Shown here one piece after another: positions 1-14,900 of a stretch of DNA of 64,000 nt. Within the stretch, counting starts at the first letter, position 1. Each line of letters begins with the position of its first letter. This stretch comes from Stylophora pistillata (lineage: Eukaryota), in the NCBI RefSeq assembly GCF_002571385.2, contig NW_019217828.1, forward strand, positions 727,204 through 791,203, read 5' to 3'. Position numbers and translations under genes: made by a program. A model generated the notes under the pieces. It saw only the letters and a program-made list of their open reading frames with translations. It ran no database searches and was not told the origin of the DNA.

Positions 1-213
1 CGAGCGATCACTGATGGGTTAAGTACATTACATACGAGACTGTGTTGGTCTCGGTTTCCTTGGAAGTACTATAGGACAAAAACAGCTCATTAAAAACTAA
101 ATCAGACTTTCCAAACACAAAGTAGACCTATCTTTATTTGGTATAAAGAGTAAAGCTTGTAATATGATAGCAATATGATATTTTTTATTACAAGTGCCAC
201 CGAGAATACGAAC

Positions 214-539
214 CACATCGTTGCTCTTGTATCGGTACATAGTCCAGTGCGTTCCATCTTGACTGTACGTCACTTGGTATCTTGTTACCCATTGGTTAGT
301 ATCCTGTCGACCTTTTGTGACTATTTTCTTGATTTTCATTGGTCGACCAAAGTCAACTTTAAGCCACTGATGGTGATTGTTGTGTCGTGCGCTCCAGGCC
401 CCCATGTACCGACCTCGTTTGACGGTCCCTAGCCTGGACAGTCTGGCATTGTGGTATTTGTTCCACTCTGAAGAAGCTGTGATTTGCTTATTCCTAATAG
501 CGCCACTCTTCATACCCAAGGCTTTGTTACAAACAGCAG
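214..539 (-). CDS. FA58C D37 class E, exon a (gene continues beyond the window)
   Basis: 326 nt; CNKALGMKSGAI..YKSNDV. Confidence 0.88.
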
Positions 540-2961
540 CTATATAAAAACCATATACGTAAAAATATAAACATTTTGGAAAAAACAACAACGAAGAAAA
601 ATCAGTGAGTTCAAAACTCCCACATTTCCCCCCCCCCCCTCATTAAAAAGTCCGTCTGAAAACTAGCAAGTCCCGGTGGGGGAGTACATAGGTTAGCAGC
701 ACTGCTTACGGTAGACGGATTTTCTTACACGTGCAAATGCAAAACAAACTAGCAAATAAAAAAAAGAAAACTGATTAAAGTGTATCTGACCGCTGTGTAC
801 ATAATCTTTTGTTGACGGAAGCTTCAAAACTTTATCCCTATTAATCTTACGCGTGTTTCTTCAAATACCTGAGCATCCATACAATTCGATTCTCATCGAT
901 ATCCAACTGTACCAGGTCTTTGGGTAAACTCTGACATAGACAGCAGGAAGTCTCTTATTGAATCTATGATACACTAGTGAGTGGCGGTCTGTATTGGCTG
1001 TGAATAACTTTAACAAACAAAAATACATGTTATTGTGTAAAAACGTTTCTCACGGTCTCAATAACGAGTATAGTCAAACTGTATTTAGCAATTGGTAATA
1101 TGACCGTTACCTACAGTATAATTGTCGGATTCGTTTGGAATTTCTTAACCTTCACAGCCAAGGATCAGTACGAATATTCTCCATACTGTTCGCTATACAT
1201 TTTCTGAGGTTGACAAGGAGAATTTGCTTAACAATCAAGAACTTCTTTAGTCAGTGATCATTTCCGTTGACCTTAATGGGTGATATTGTCAAAGGGTTAA
1301 AAAGTTATGGAATCCGCTCAAAACCCTTGTGCACCTATTTCGAAAACTTGAATGACCAAAGACTTCTGAAACCCTTTCAAATAAATGAATACCTCTGTGA
1401 GCGTAATTCAGGGAATTTTCCTTCAAAATTCAAGTACCACGCATACCGAGAGACAAGTTCAATACTTTTCGCGGGAAACAAGTTCAACTATATAGGGATC
1501 CGATCTTTACCGATTTCCTTTCTAAAAACAAATAAAAACAAGTCCTCAAAATAGGTCTGTCACCCAAATTATTCTTTCTCGTCCCTTAACCCTTTAACTC
1601 ACATGAATCACCAAGACAGAATTTCTCCTCACAATTTCGATACGATATCAAGCAGACAAATGATGAGCAGAAAAATATCAATAAGGGAATCATTAGTTGA
1701 TCCAATACCAAATTCTTCAGAGTAACATCACTAAAATTGTATGATTGACAGTAAGGAGAATTGCTGACAAGATCCTGGTAGTGAAAGGGTTAAACGCCAA
1801 TATAAAGTAAAAATACGTCATCATTTACCTTCACTCTCCCATTCTCTTTATACTGAGCGAAATCCACCCCATTCATTCCATACGCCACAGTATAACTCTT
1901 CACCCATTGATTTGCATCCTGTCGGCCTTGGGATCCGATGCCTCTCACACGATAGATTTCCACCATATTAACCTGGAGCCATTGCTTGTTGTTACGGTGT
2001 CGTACGCTCCATGACCACCGGTGATTTAGTCTTCCATGCCACGGTGCGAGGTGATGATTGTAATATGATGAGGCAGAAAATTGGCCATTTGGGATTCTCT
2101 TGTCTTCCAAACCAAGAGGAGCACCACATGAGTCTAGGAATCAAAAGACGAAAAAAAAAGAGGACCAAAGGAGAATCCAAAAGAAACCTTATGGCCAGTA
2201 GATTTACTTTAATTTGAAGGTTTTTTTCTATCCCATTATTGGTTCAAATTCAACGACGTTACCTTTTCAAGATGTCGACTAAGGTAGAAAAAAACTTATT
2301 TTGCAAGGAAGAACTTCGAAGAAAATAATCGATAAGGAGGTCTGATTAAAAAAAAAACTATAAATGACACAAAGTAGAAAAGGTTAACATCCTTGTCACC
2401 GCGTTAATTATCAGGAAGAAATTACGTAGTCGTATCATCGGTACGTAAAAAGCAGCTTTTGAAAAGTTCACGTTTAATCATTAACCCTTTGTCAGAGCAA
2501 AGAATCGTGATCAATCAATCCTCAGAATAAGTATCACAAAGTTTCTAATTTTATTGCGCTTTTGTGTAAAAAGCGCTCACCACTGACAGAGATTTGGACT
2601 ACAATAGCTATTTCAGAGCTCCCTTGACTAAACAACAGTACCTTCTGGGCATCCAAAGAACTCCACTCTCATAGAAATATGTCTGTGCCAACCCCAAGGA
2701 CGAATGCGCACAAACCGAGCTTTGATTGGTGGAAACAGACGATATTGCACAACGCTATTCTGATCCCTGTTTCCTGTAAAATACTGCGAAAATAACATCA
2801 ATAGTCAATATTTTGCTTCAATACTCAGAATTTTGCAATTTTAAGGAAAGGGGACTGCTTAAAATAATGCATGTTCAATCAAAACAAATCCATCAACTCT
2901 AATACACTCATCAAAGATATATAACTCACGGAATCAAATTCCACCATACTAGTTCGCCTCC

Positions 2962-2995
<34 letters not shown>

Positions 2996-5900
2996 TAACA
3001 ATGATAATAATGTTTATTCAAACCTTTTGCAAAGAATGCTGAATTACAGGTTGATAAATTATGTTAACAAGAAATATGGGAGAAAAAAGGGGAAAAACTG
3101 TACAAAATTCATTAAGCTACATACAAGTAAAACAGCATCTACATAATAATAATAATACTAAATGATAATAAAAAAACCAGGAAAGATTTATTACTCGACG
3201 TTTCGGGGTCATCGTGACTCCATTATCAAGAGACTAGTTTAAAAAACATGCAAATAAGGAAAGGTACAAGAATAGCATAAATTAGACTGAACGGCTTAAA
3301 CAAACACCTTGGCGCGGATGGAATCCGTTTGCACGTTCAGTGTTGGCTTACGCATGCGAATATACAACATTTCATTAACAAGGCAATCAAATTTGCCGTT
3401 ACATTTCGTGATGACGTTGAATTGCTCGATCAAGCGTTCAGGCATTTCACTATTGTGCTGGAGGTGGTAGTGTTTGTAGATAGAAGATGATTTCCTTGTG
3501 TGCCCTTCTACGCGCTCGTGTAAGTGACCACGAGTATAGCCCACATACCCTGCATCACACAGGTTACATTTAAATTCATAAACGACACATTGTTGGTTAA
3601 CAATAGGGGGCTTAATTTCGTGTTGCTTAAGCTGTTGATCGAGCTTAGGGCTAACGAACACTGGTTGGACAGTCACGCTTAACTTCGAGCTTNNNNNNNN
3701 NNNNNNNNNNNNNNNNNNNNNNNNNNNNNNNNNNNNNNNNNNNNNNNNNNNNNNNNNNNNNNNNNNNNNNNNNNNNNNNNNNNNNNNNNNNNNNNNNNNN
3801 NNNNNNNNNNNNNNNNNNNNNNNNNNNNNNNNNNNNNNNNNNNNNNNNNNNNNNNNNNNNNNNNNNNNNNNNNNNNNNNNNNNNNNNNNNNNNNNNNNNN
3901 NNNNNNNNNNNNNNNNNNNNNNNNNNNNNNNNNNNNNNNNNNNNNNNNNNNNNNNNNNNNNNNNNNNNNNNNNNNNNNNNNNNNNNNNNNNNNNNNNNNN
4001 NNNNNNNNNNNNNNNNNNNNNNNNNNNNNNNNNNNNNNNNNNNNNNNNNNNNNNNNNNNNNNNNNNNNNNNNNNNNNNNNNNNNNNNNNNNNNNNNNNNN
4101 NNNNNNNNNNNNNNNNNNNNNNNNNNNNNNNNNNNNNNNNNNNNNNNNNNNNNNNNNNNNNNNNNNNNNNNNNNNNNNNNNNNNNNNNNNNNNNNNNNNN
4201 NNNNNNNNNNNNNNNNNNNNNNNNNNNNNNNNNNNNNNNNNNNNNNNNNNNNNNNNNNNNNNNNNNNNNNNNNNNNNNNNNNNNNNNNNNNNNNNNNNNN
4301 NNNNNNNNNNNNNNNNNNNNNNNNNNNNNNNNNNNNNNNNNNNNNNNNNNNNNNNGGGAATGTCTAGTTGTCATTATGAATACGACTTATAAAGGATTCA
4401 CAGGCAGCACTACAGCGTGCATCAAGGGTTTCAATACCGGCTAGCATTAGGGTATCTGAGTACGAATGACCTGGCCAAATAATGGTGAGAGCACGCCTCT
4501 GCACTGACTCTAGGGTCTTATATAAGTAAGACGGTAAATTGGCAAATGCAGTAGAGGCGTACTCAAGTATGGAATATATTAGGCAGCAATAGATGTAGAC
4601 GATATCTTCCGCTGGGACAGAACTTCTCCTGAGCTGCCTTAAAACAAACAACCGCCTGTTAGCCTTCTTCAGCAAATAGTCAACATGCGTCCCCCCGGAA
4701 AGGTCATTGGACAAGTTGACGCCTAGCAGCTTGAACGACGAGACCTCTTCGATAACAGCGCCCCTCGATACGACAGGGGGCGCCTTGTAACTATTATACT
4801 GAAGGAAGCCAACAGTCATGCACTGACATTTAGTAGGATTAAGGTGCATGTTATTGGTGTTAACAAAATTTTGAATGTCTTTCACAAGGAAGTTACGCAC
4901 AGAAGGAGAATTTCTTGGCAGAATTTCCATGATGGTTAAGTCATCAACAAACTTGATACGCAAGCCCCCGGAAGACATCAGGTCATTAACCATGCAAGCA
5001 AACAAAATAGGCCCTAAACGGGTACCCTGTGGTATCCCGCCGCACAAAGCTTGGGAACTAGAACTGACCGTACCTTATCGATACAGTCGTCCCGAATCTT
5101 CCGATTCGTTTCCCTAAGGCAAAACCTCTTCTTTTTCCGAAGAATCTGACATACTCGCATCTCTACTAGGACTGTTAACATTCCCTTTTCCTTACTTAAG
5201 GGCCAAGTGGATGAGCACGTGCTGTCGTAAGCGACGAGTTGAAGACTTTGGGGCGAACTTGTTTTAATTGATGGAGCGAACTCCTCAAGATTGGGTGGGA
5301 GGGGCGGGGGAGGGGGTAGCTGGTAGAATTAGTAAGCTACTATAAAACAACGCACAGACTTCACTTGAAATTTGCAGGACCTGCAACAGAGCTACCCACT
5401 TTTCTCCGAGACAGAAAGATACCTACAAAATTTATAACACCTGATCTGTCCATTACCTTTCTGTTGCTATTTTCCTTGTATTCAGTGAACGTAGAACCGT
5501 CTTGGCTGTACTCTACAAAGTATTGCGTGACCCACTGTGCAGCATCCTGTCTACCTTGCGTGGATATCTTCACCACGCGCATGGCACGATAAAAGTCTAC
5601 CGCAAGCCACTGGTAGCGGGTGTTGTGCCTGGCACACCAGGCTCCCATACGAGAACCTGTGCGGCGGAAGTGTAGCCGGGCATTGCGAGGACCATGATTG
5701 ACATCCCAGCTCGAGGAGGCTGATAGTTGGGTTTGCCGGATGCGGCCATTTTGCATACCGAGTGGTTTGTCGCATCTTGGGCCTAACAGAGGAAAATTTC
5801 AGGAATGAGGAGACTACACATAATAGGGAAACATACACGCATCTGTTCTCCAATTTCTTTCTGACTTTTTCCTGACTTTTCCTTGGTAGAAATCAAAATT

Positions 5901-8900
5901 TAATGTCCTTCACTAGATAAATACTAAATATAATATAGAAACATTCAGCCCCTGTTAAACCACAGAGACTAACAACAAAATCCGAGTAACTGAAAACTGA
6001 GGCAGAAACTCTTTTTCTGTAAGAACACTTTTGTCCTAAAATGTTTATTGTAAACCTACCAATTACACAGCCATAGAATTCCACTCTCATTGAAATCCAG
6101 CTTCGCCAAGTAACAGGATGAATCCTGAAGTACCTTCCAGAGAGTGGCCTCAGGAATCGATTGGTGACGACCATGTATCGGTCATAATTACCAGCGAATA
6201 TCTATACAGGGGGGTGAACGAAATTACTAGTGTCACTCAGGCTTTAAGTATATGGCTAAGAGCACTAAATATTTTTTACAATAAGAACGATTTAAAAGCA
6301 AGCTTCTAGATTACTACTGGATTCCATTGGTTTTATATTACTCTGCTTTTTGATTGGTCCAAAAAACTTGCATCCCTCTCTTAACCAATCAGAAGTAAAT
6401 CTACAAACAACTGCCACTTGATCCGTCATGTTTTTCCCGCGCTTCAGGCAGACTGCTCATTCTGTCTCCGGCATTTTCCTCTGTTCACATTGGCCACTAC
6501 AATTACCGTGATTTCGGTTTTACCACATTCGTACGAAATGTATTCCATCTCTTTAACTCTCGAGATTTAAATTTCAATTCTCCGCAGTGTCTCCCGTGCA
6601 CTTCTCTCAACTTCCTTCTGAGAATTTGATGCTAAATCAAACGGTGTTCCTGGGTTGCTACTTTTCTTTTGTATCATTAACTTCCTGTTTTATAATGTAT
6701 TGGTGTTGTAAAATGGAATTCCTTTTTTGGTCACTCCTGGGTTTGAAAGCGATATGTAACACGAGGCCGTCTTGATATCGTTCCTAGGCAATTATATCGC
6801 CGAGCCGCTTAAGAAAGTGTCGTCTCTAATCAACAGTCGTCCAGTAGATGGCATTAGGACCTGAATTAAAAGTCATTCTACACAGATAATAACCAGTGTA
6901 CCTTAGTACGGCGTCCTTCTCTGTAAGGTACATAATGTTGACCATCCCGGCTAAAAGTTACATAATAACTTGTAACCCACTGATCAGAATTTTGACGACC
7001 TTGTGTGGAGACGCGTGTTACTCGGGTAAGTCCTCCAAAGTCGAACTGAAGGAACTGTCGTCTATCGCTTCTTTTTACACACCAAGCTCCTCCAAATCTT
7101 CCAACTCGTCTCTGGTGGAGCCTGGCGTTTCTTGGTGCACAGTAGTAGTTATAAAATGAGGAAGCAGTGATGAGCTGGTCGGGGAAGCGACCATCTTCAA
7201 CGCCAAGTGGTACGTCACAACGGTCTAAACAACGAAAAGTATAATATAATTATTAGGAGTGTCAGTGGTAACTGAAGTGAGCTAACAACCTGTGTATGAA
7301 ACAATCCAAAAAAATGCTAAGAAAAAGGAAATTTGGAAGATATGCCATTGAAGAAAGTTTTGATCCCAGTAGGGTTGCGAAATGCTCCGCCAACTTTGTT
7401 GCCAGGCCGTTATGGTATTGGAAACAGATGGAGGACGACATTCGAGGATGTCAGTTAAATGTCAAACTAAAACGTTCGTAATAGAAATATATTGCTATAA
7501 GGTTGGGATAAAATCTATCATATTCTCTTTTTAAAGTATTTGCAAGAGGGAGATGTAGAACCATCTACAAGAGATGAAACGAAACGCTACATGACAACAG
7601 ACTTACTCCATGGACAACCATACAACTCAAGCCTCATTGATATGTGTGATCGCCAGCCGCGCATTTGCAGTCGAACAAAGCGTCCATAGATGGGATACGG
7701 CAGAGGATTATTGCGTATGGAGTACCTGTCCTGATTGGCAGGGAATGTCTATGGAAAAAGGAAAAAATTTCAGGATGTTAATTAACAAGATTGTAGCAAG
7801 AATTAATACCTTAAGTAAAACTGACCTAGAAAGTGGAATTTGTAAGTAGTATATGTCAAGACGAATGATCAAGCTTTATCCGTCAACTTGTCGATGACCA
7901 AGAGGGCTTATCAACACATACTTCCGTTTCAGAGACACAAACAGGCGCCAAAAGTCGTGATCTAGTTCTTTTCCCTGGCGCTTGCCGTAGAATTTTCGAT
8001 TGTACTATTAAGTTTAAATGCTAAAACAAGGATTGCGCGATTGTTTCCTTGTTATCAAAGCGCATTATTGGTGGATAGCTTGTTTTTTGGTCGTCGTTCG
8101 CGTGCCAAAAAACGTCTGTGCTAATGAGTCACCCACTCAACTTTAACCGTGAGTCTGACATCTTTAACTCTCATATTTCTGTCTCACATTCCCTAAGGCT
8201 ATTTAAACCAATTCTACGGATAACAATGGCTTTCCTTGGACTACTTTGTTAAGTACATATATATAATATGTATCTCGACATCCTGAGACACAGAGGAGGC
8301 AGTGATGACTTACAATAAGATTGTTTGCCTCGCAACTTTCGCAATAGGCCACGAAATGGTCTCTCGCATTACTCTGAGAGCATTTGAGAGTATCTGTGAG
8401 TATTTATCTCAGTTCCAAAGCTTTTTCTAACGCACAAGAAAAAACACAAATTACACAATAATTTAAACTAATGCTCACCTTCACCACATCCCACCAATCC
8501 TTGACTTTAGCAAACTTCACTCCGTCCGCGCTGTAGAGAACGTCAAACGCTGTCACCCACTGCGCAGCTTCATACCTGCCTTGTGTTGCCAAACCGGTGA
8601 CCTTCATAGATCTGTGCAGATCAACTTGGATCCACTGGTTATGGTTGTTCTTCTTAGCAGACCACGCACCCATCAGTCTGCCACGACGCATGTTCCCAAG
8701 TCTGGCAAGCCAAGAAGCATGGTTTTTGTCCCACTGAGATGAAGCTGTGATGGCTGCATTCTTGATTCGGCCACTTTGCATACCAAGAGGTCTGTCGCAT
8801 ACATATTCTAACAAAAAACAAACAAACAAACAAGTAGATGTAGTAATGTTTTCCCTTAATTTTAAGGGGCGAAGTAGATGTCAAGAAATGAGGATATTTC

Positions 8901-11900
8901 TGAGAAATATTCAAATGTCTACCTTTGTATCGGCACCCATACAGTTCTACTCTCATGGCAATATAAGACCTCCAGGTCTTGGGATGAATTCGTATGTACC
9001 GAGCTCTTATAAAAGGTGATACTCTCTGGGCAACAGTATGGTAGATATCATAGTTTCCACGGAATCTCTCCAGGAAAATAACCAAAAGATATACCAAATA
9101 AGGAAGTATAACTTGATAATGTCTACTTAAAATTTATTATTATAACCAATTTTTCTGTTAGTTATGTGCCCCTTGAGGAAGTTCGGTGATACACCTTATA
9201 CGTGACAAATACCCCCCTTTAGCCAACTAAAAGCTTTAGTGAAAAGAACCCACTGATAACCATCCCATGATGAACTTCTCCTTTGATAACGAACTTCCGT
9301 TATAACGAACCTTCGTGATGACGAACCCCTGTTGTGTTGAACCTCCGTTAGAGCGAGCTCCTCTATCAACGAACCTCCGTTTTAAAGAGCCCCCGTTTTA
9401 ACCAACAGTCCCTGGCAGTTCGTAATTCCAGGATTCCTTTGCAAACTGCTACAGGTTATCGAATAGTCGTAAGCAAACCACTGCAAACACACAGGTACAA
9501 ACAAATACAAAATTGTATAAAACAAGTTTACCTTGAGTCTTCCACCAACTGTATAAGCTCTAAACCTTCGGCCATCTTTGCTGTACGAGAGAACATAAGT
9601 GTACACCCACTGATGAGCTTCTCTCCTTCCCTGCGTGGCGATTCCTTTGATGATACACATCTGCCTCAAATCGATCTGCAGCCATTGCTTTGTGTTTCTA
9701 TACTTGGCTACCCAGGCTCCCGTGCGGCTGTGACTGGCGTAGATGTTGAGACGCGATCGCTCAGGGCCATGGTTGTAATTGTATGATGACGAAGCACGAA
9801 GATGTCCTGATAAGATACGGCGGTCTTCCATACCAAGTGGCATGGTGCAACGATCTGATAAAAGAAAAAATATGAAACTCAATTGACAAGGAAAGGCAGC
9901 TCTGCGGTGGTGGCTAACAATAAGAACTACTAGATACTAAACTACACAAGAAATTCACGGCATTACCACAAAAGTAAACTTTATTTCAAGCGGTAATCTC
10001 ACGTACATATATGACCGTAAACCCTCTATTAAACACCCCCCTCTAATAAGCCCCCCTCTTCAGAGAAAGAAATTTATTAAGCCCAACTCCCTACCCTCCG
10101 AAATATAAATTTGCACAACAGGAACGAGAGCTCTATCAGCAGATGTCCAACTAATTTTTGGTCTTGAGAGCCGCTTGAGCGATAAATTCCAACAGCAAAT
10201 TCATCACACAACTTCGCTTCCTCTCTTGTATCACGCTCACAGAAAAGGTTTTCTCCGACCACGGGCTTCCAAACTCTTTTTGTAAATATGGTGACCACGG
10301 GCTAAATTAATAAGTCCCCCCTCCGATAAGCCACCCCCTCCCCAAAGTACCTGAATGAAATAAGCCCCCACGGGGGCTTATTAGAGGATTTACGGTAGTT
10401 TAAAAGAGAAAAGATAATCTAAGTGCGGTTGAGGCAGAATATTATAGTATTAGCGATACAAACGTGCGTAAGGATGAACAATTCTAAACAGTCATCTTTT
10501 CGGATTGAATGATTAACACCTCCTTTAGTTTCCAGAACATTTTTTTTAGTAGCTTACGCCCTATGTGGATCATGTTCTTTCTGGCTTTGAAGATTTTGTT
10601 TTCATCAGTTTGGAAAAGACCTCAGGTAATTTGCTGTAAACTTTAAGACAGTGAACACTTAATCACCTGTGAAGCATCCATAGAACTCAGCTCTCATAGA
10701 AATGTGTCTGTACCATACCCATGGATGAACCCGGATGTAACGGCATCGAATCGCAGGATTAAATGAATTGTGGACCACACTGTTACGGTCTCGGTTTCCC
10801 GTGAAATACTGTTGAAGGATTTGGAGTAAATTCAATTTAACTTTAAGAAAGTTAATAAAAAATCATTCTAAAAAGTATGGCAATCTATCACACCTGTGTA
10901 ATGTAACACTTGTGCGATACATACGTTTTTATGGCTACTGCCTCTTATGGGGGCGAAGCCGTATTGTTGTTTCTTGATATAACGTAATGTAACGTACAGT
11001 AACCCTTGTACCGTCAAAGCAAAGTAACCTTTGCAGTGAAATCAATACGGGAGGACTCCTAAGGATAAGGATAAAAGGTATGGCTCGACCTCTCGTAACG
11101 CAGAACGCAGCCAATGGTTATAACACGTTTTTAGGCTTAATTCAGTACTGTACTTTCAATTCTACTTTTCATTGTTATTCATAGAAACCAAGAAAGTAAA
11201 GGATATTCTTCTGATGAAATCATTAACTTTCATTTTCTTTCGTTCATTCTTTCTTTCTTTCTAATTTATATCTTTCTCCACATTATTTTTCTTTTCGAAT
11301 TCAGTGCTTCTTACCATTTATTGTTGAGCTGATAGTCACCATGTCCAACTACTTGCACAATTTACAGGGACCCAAGGTTTGCTTAATCACGCGATTTCTC
11401 TTAGGCGCTTTTTTGGGGTACTTCCCTTTCACTAACAACACAATATTCAAATGATCTCAAACTTTCGTACCTTCCTATTGTTTCTCTCCTTGTATTCCAC
11501 AAAATTGACCAGATTGACACTGTAAGTGACATAGTATTGTGTGACCCACTGATCAGCGTCGTCCCTTCCTTGAGTGGCAATCTTGATAATCTTGGACGGC
11601 CTTGTAAAATCAATCTGTAGATACTGGTATTTGTTGTTAATCCTGGCACTCCATGCACCCATATACTTCCCTGCCCGCCGACGATGAAGTCTCGCCAGGA
11701 AAGAAGCGTGGTATTTATCCCACTGAGAAGAGGCTGTCATCAGGTGGTTCTTAAGGCGTCCAATCTGTAATCCCATTGGTTGGTTACACATTCGACCTTG
11801 AGTAAAAAGGGAGAGACAGAAATGAGTTGATTAGTGCATTACAAAAAATGAGTCTTTAACACTGGGACGTCCGCGAGGTAGCTCTTCGTAGACTGTTACT

Positions 11901-14900
11901 CACAACAAAAGCAATCACAAAGCCTTATCTAAATTGATATAAATCAGTTTTTTTGATACTACGTTATGTGCTCCTTACCTAATCTACAGCCGTAAAGTTC
12001 AACTCTCATAGAGATGTATCCATACCAACTCCTGACATTGATTCGCACAAATCGAGCCACAAATGGCCTAAAGAAGCGATGGGTTACGACGAAGTATCTC
12101 TCAATATTGGCTTGGAAGATCTGCAATAAAAAGAAAGATGTTAAAAATTTCTACGAGGTAAAATTCTTTAAGAAATTTGTCACAAACTTATAAATAAGTG
12201 AGAATTTGAATGGAATGATTCTTGAAAGGGATATCACATAGGAAGGCAATGGCTAAGCGGTCCCGGAAGTAACCCTTTCTCTCCCATGAGTGACCAAGAC
12301 AGAATTTCTACTTACAATATCAAGCTGACAGGTGACGAGAATAAGGAAAAACATCACATGGGCGATTATTTGTTGATTCGACACCAAATTCTCAGAACTA
12401 ACATTATAAGAATTGTATGGCAGACAGTAAGGAGAATTACTAATGGAACGGCTTGGGAGTGAAAGGGTTAAGCCTTCCAATCTGCTTTTCACTGGATTTG
12501 TTCCCATTTGCCTCGAGTTTGCCTGGAGTTTGCCTCGAGTTTACCTCGAGTTTACCTCGAGTTTACCTCGAGTTTGCCTCGAGTTTGCCTCGAGTTTGCC
12601 TCGAGTTTGCCTCGAGTTTGCCTCGAGTTTGCCTCGAGTTTGCCTCGAGTTTGCCTCGCGTTTGCCTCGCGTTTGCCTCCTTGGCTGCGCTCTATAAATA
12701 GCCCGCTGGTTTACCTATTATCTATATTTATCTTCACTATTTGTTTCATTTTTTATTGCAATGGCCCTGAAAAGCTCTTTTGGAGGAAAAGAACCATCAT
12801 CATCATGCTTCTGAAACAGACCAAAAGGCAACTGACACTTCCATAATGATTGATTAAATGGATGGATAGTTTCATACCCTGATCTTTCGCCCCTCTGTGT
12901 ATGACACAAACTTGTCACCTTTCAGGCTGTAAGACACTGTATAGGACTTCACATACTGGTTAGCGTCATACCGGCCCTGAGTGGAAACCCTCTTTACCCT
13001 GCACTTAGTTCCAAGGTCAATCTGTAGCCATTGCTTATTGTTATTGTACTTCGCAATCCAGCCTCCTCGGGTGGAGCCATAGTTCCTGGCTTGGAGCCTA
13101 GCACTCCAGGGACCGTAGTAGTGGTTGTGCATGGAGGATGCCGTGAGCATAGATGAAGTAACACGGCCATCTTGAAGACCGAGAGGAACATCGCAGGGAT
13201 CTGCAGGAAGATTTTTATTTCAAAACACTGATTAGATTTCTCTCGGCAGACCTTCATCAACACGAAGGTTACTTATTATAAGTTGGTGAATACTTATAGA
13301 CAAGTGGACAAACATTTAAAACAAAATACTAACCAGCTCGACATCCGTAGATTTCCACCCTCATCGAGATATGACTTCGCCATCCCCACGGGTGAATCTT
13401 TATAATCCTGGCATATATTGCAGGAGTCAAAGCTTGTATTTTGACGCTGTTTTGATCATAATTGCCACGGAAGGTCTGAAAAAAGAGAAAACATAGAAAA
13501 GAGTGATTTTCATGCTAAAACGTGAACGAAACGTTAACACAATAGACAACTCAACATTTTATAACTTAGCCTATCGAGGTTTGTAAACGGCCAGCGGCCA
13601 GTCGCACGTTCCGTTTGCGGGGAGGACAGCATCCCACTCCCCTGGACAGTCCGGGAGTATGAAGCTTTGGGAATGCCTGAATTTCCCCAGCTTTATGCTC
13701 TAAATTGAAGTCTGTCCATGCGATAAGCCTAATACCGCAGAATACTTTTTGTGCGACCAACTCTCCTCCTTTGTTCTCTCTACCGCCATTATGCGCAAGG
13801 CAAAATCAGCTGCAGAAAAATAAATGCCTATCTAAACGTGGTTCTTGGTAAACCTCCACAAAATGCTCTAGCACCTTCGCTCATCAATTTGCGACGAGTA
13901 GAGACATCTTTAAAACCGACTTAATGTACATCAATAGAGATTTCGCTCGTGTGACATGTCCTTACCATATCGTTGTTTTTGAAGCGATACATTTGCCAGT
14001 GTATGCCATCCACACTGGATGACACTCTGTAGTATGTCACCCACTGCGCTGCATCCTGTCTTCCCTGAGTGGCAATTTTTGTGATTTTCATCAGTCGTCC
14101 CAGGTTCACCTTCAACCACTGATTTTTGTTTTTGTGCTTTGCACACCAGGCTCCAACATATCTTCCTCTCTTGTGCAGATGCAATCTCCCAAGTCTGGCC
14201 GCGTGGTACACATTGTACTCGGACGATGCAGTGATTTTACTGTTACGGATACGACCATTTTGTAAACCTAAGGGTGTGCTGCAGATTGCACCTAATAAAA
14301 CAATTATACTCACGTCAACTACTGTATTGCGCTATGTTCATCATAAAAAGAACAAAACGGGGTGGGGCGGGGCGGGGCGGGGCAGGGGGTTGGTTATATT
14401 GGGTCTATTTCATCACTGGTGTACGCAAGAGGGGAAGGGTACAGTCCGGTACAACGGGATCTATTTCATTTACAAAGAGGTTACAAATGTATCTCAAAGT
14501 TTCATTGCTAGTGAGTTTCCTCTATCTAAAAACATGAAAAACACCTTACTTGTGCAACCAAAGAGCTCAACTCTCATTGAAATCCACCTGTACCAAGATT
14601 TTGGATGGATCTTCACGTACGCAGCAGTGAAGGATTTCAAAAAACGATGGAAAACTACGGAATGTCTGTCACTATTGCCAGAGAATACCTAAGTTTTGGG
14701 AAAGTTTTAAGAGATTATAAGCAAACTTTAAGAAGTAATGAGCCGTTCCTAAACCCTTGCAGCTTGTTATATGAATGAACAATTTCACAATTAGATTCCA
14801 CATAGCCCTGCTTCTTTTCAGTGATAAATCACAGATGACGTCTTTTTAATCTATTAATGTACAGACCCACAGTAACATATAATCTATTTTTTGTAAATGA

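Noticed and set aside
3679-4374. ORF running through the N gap
   Set aside because: Artefact of translating Ns
12443-12846. ORFs with SSLPRVCLEFA repeats
   Set aside because: Translation of an 11-bp minisatellite
14126-14692. Plus-strand ORFs overlapping discoidin exons (this one and many similar)
   Set aside because: Antisense shadows of real exons with no recognisable domains
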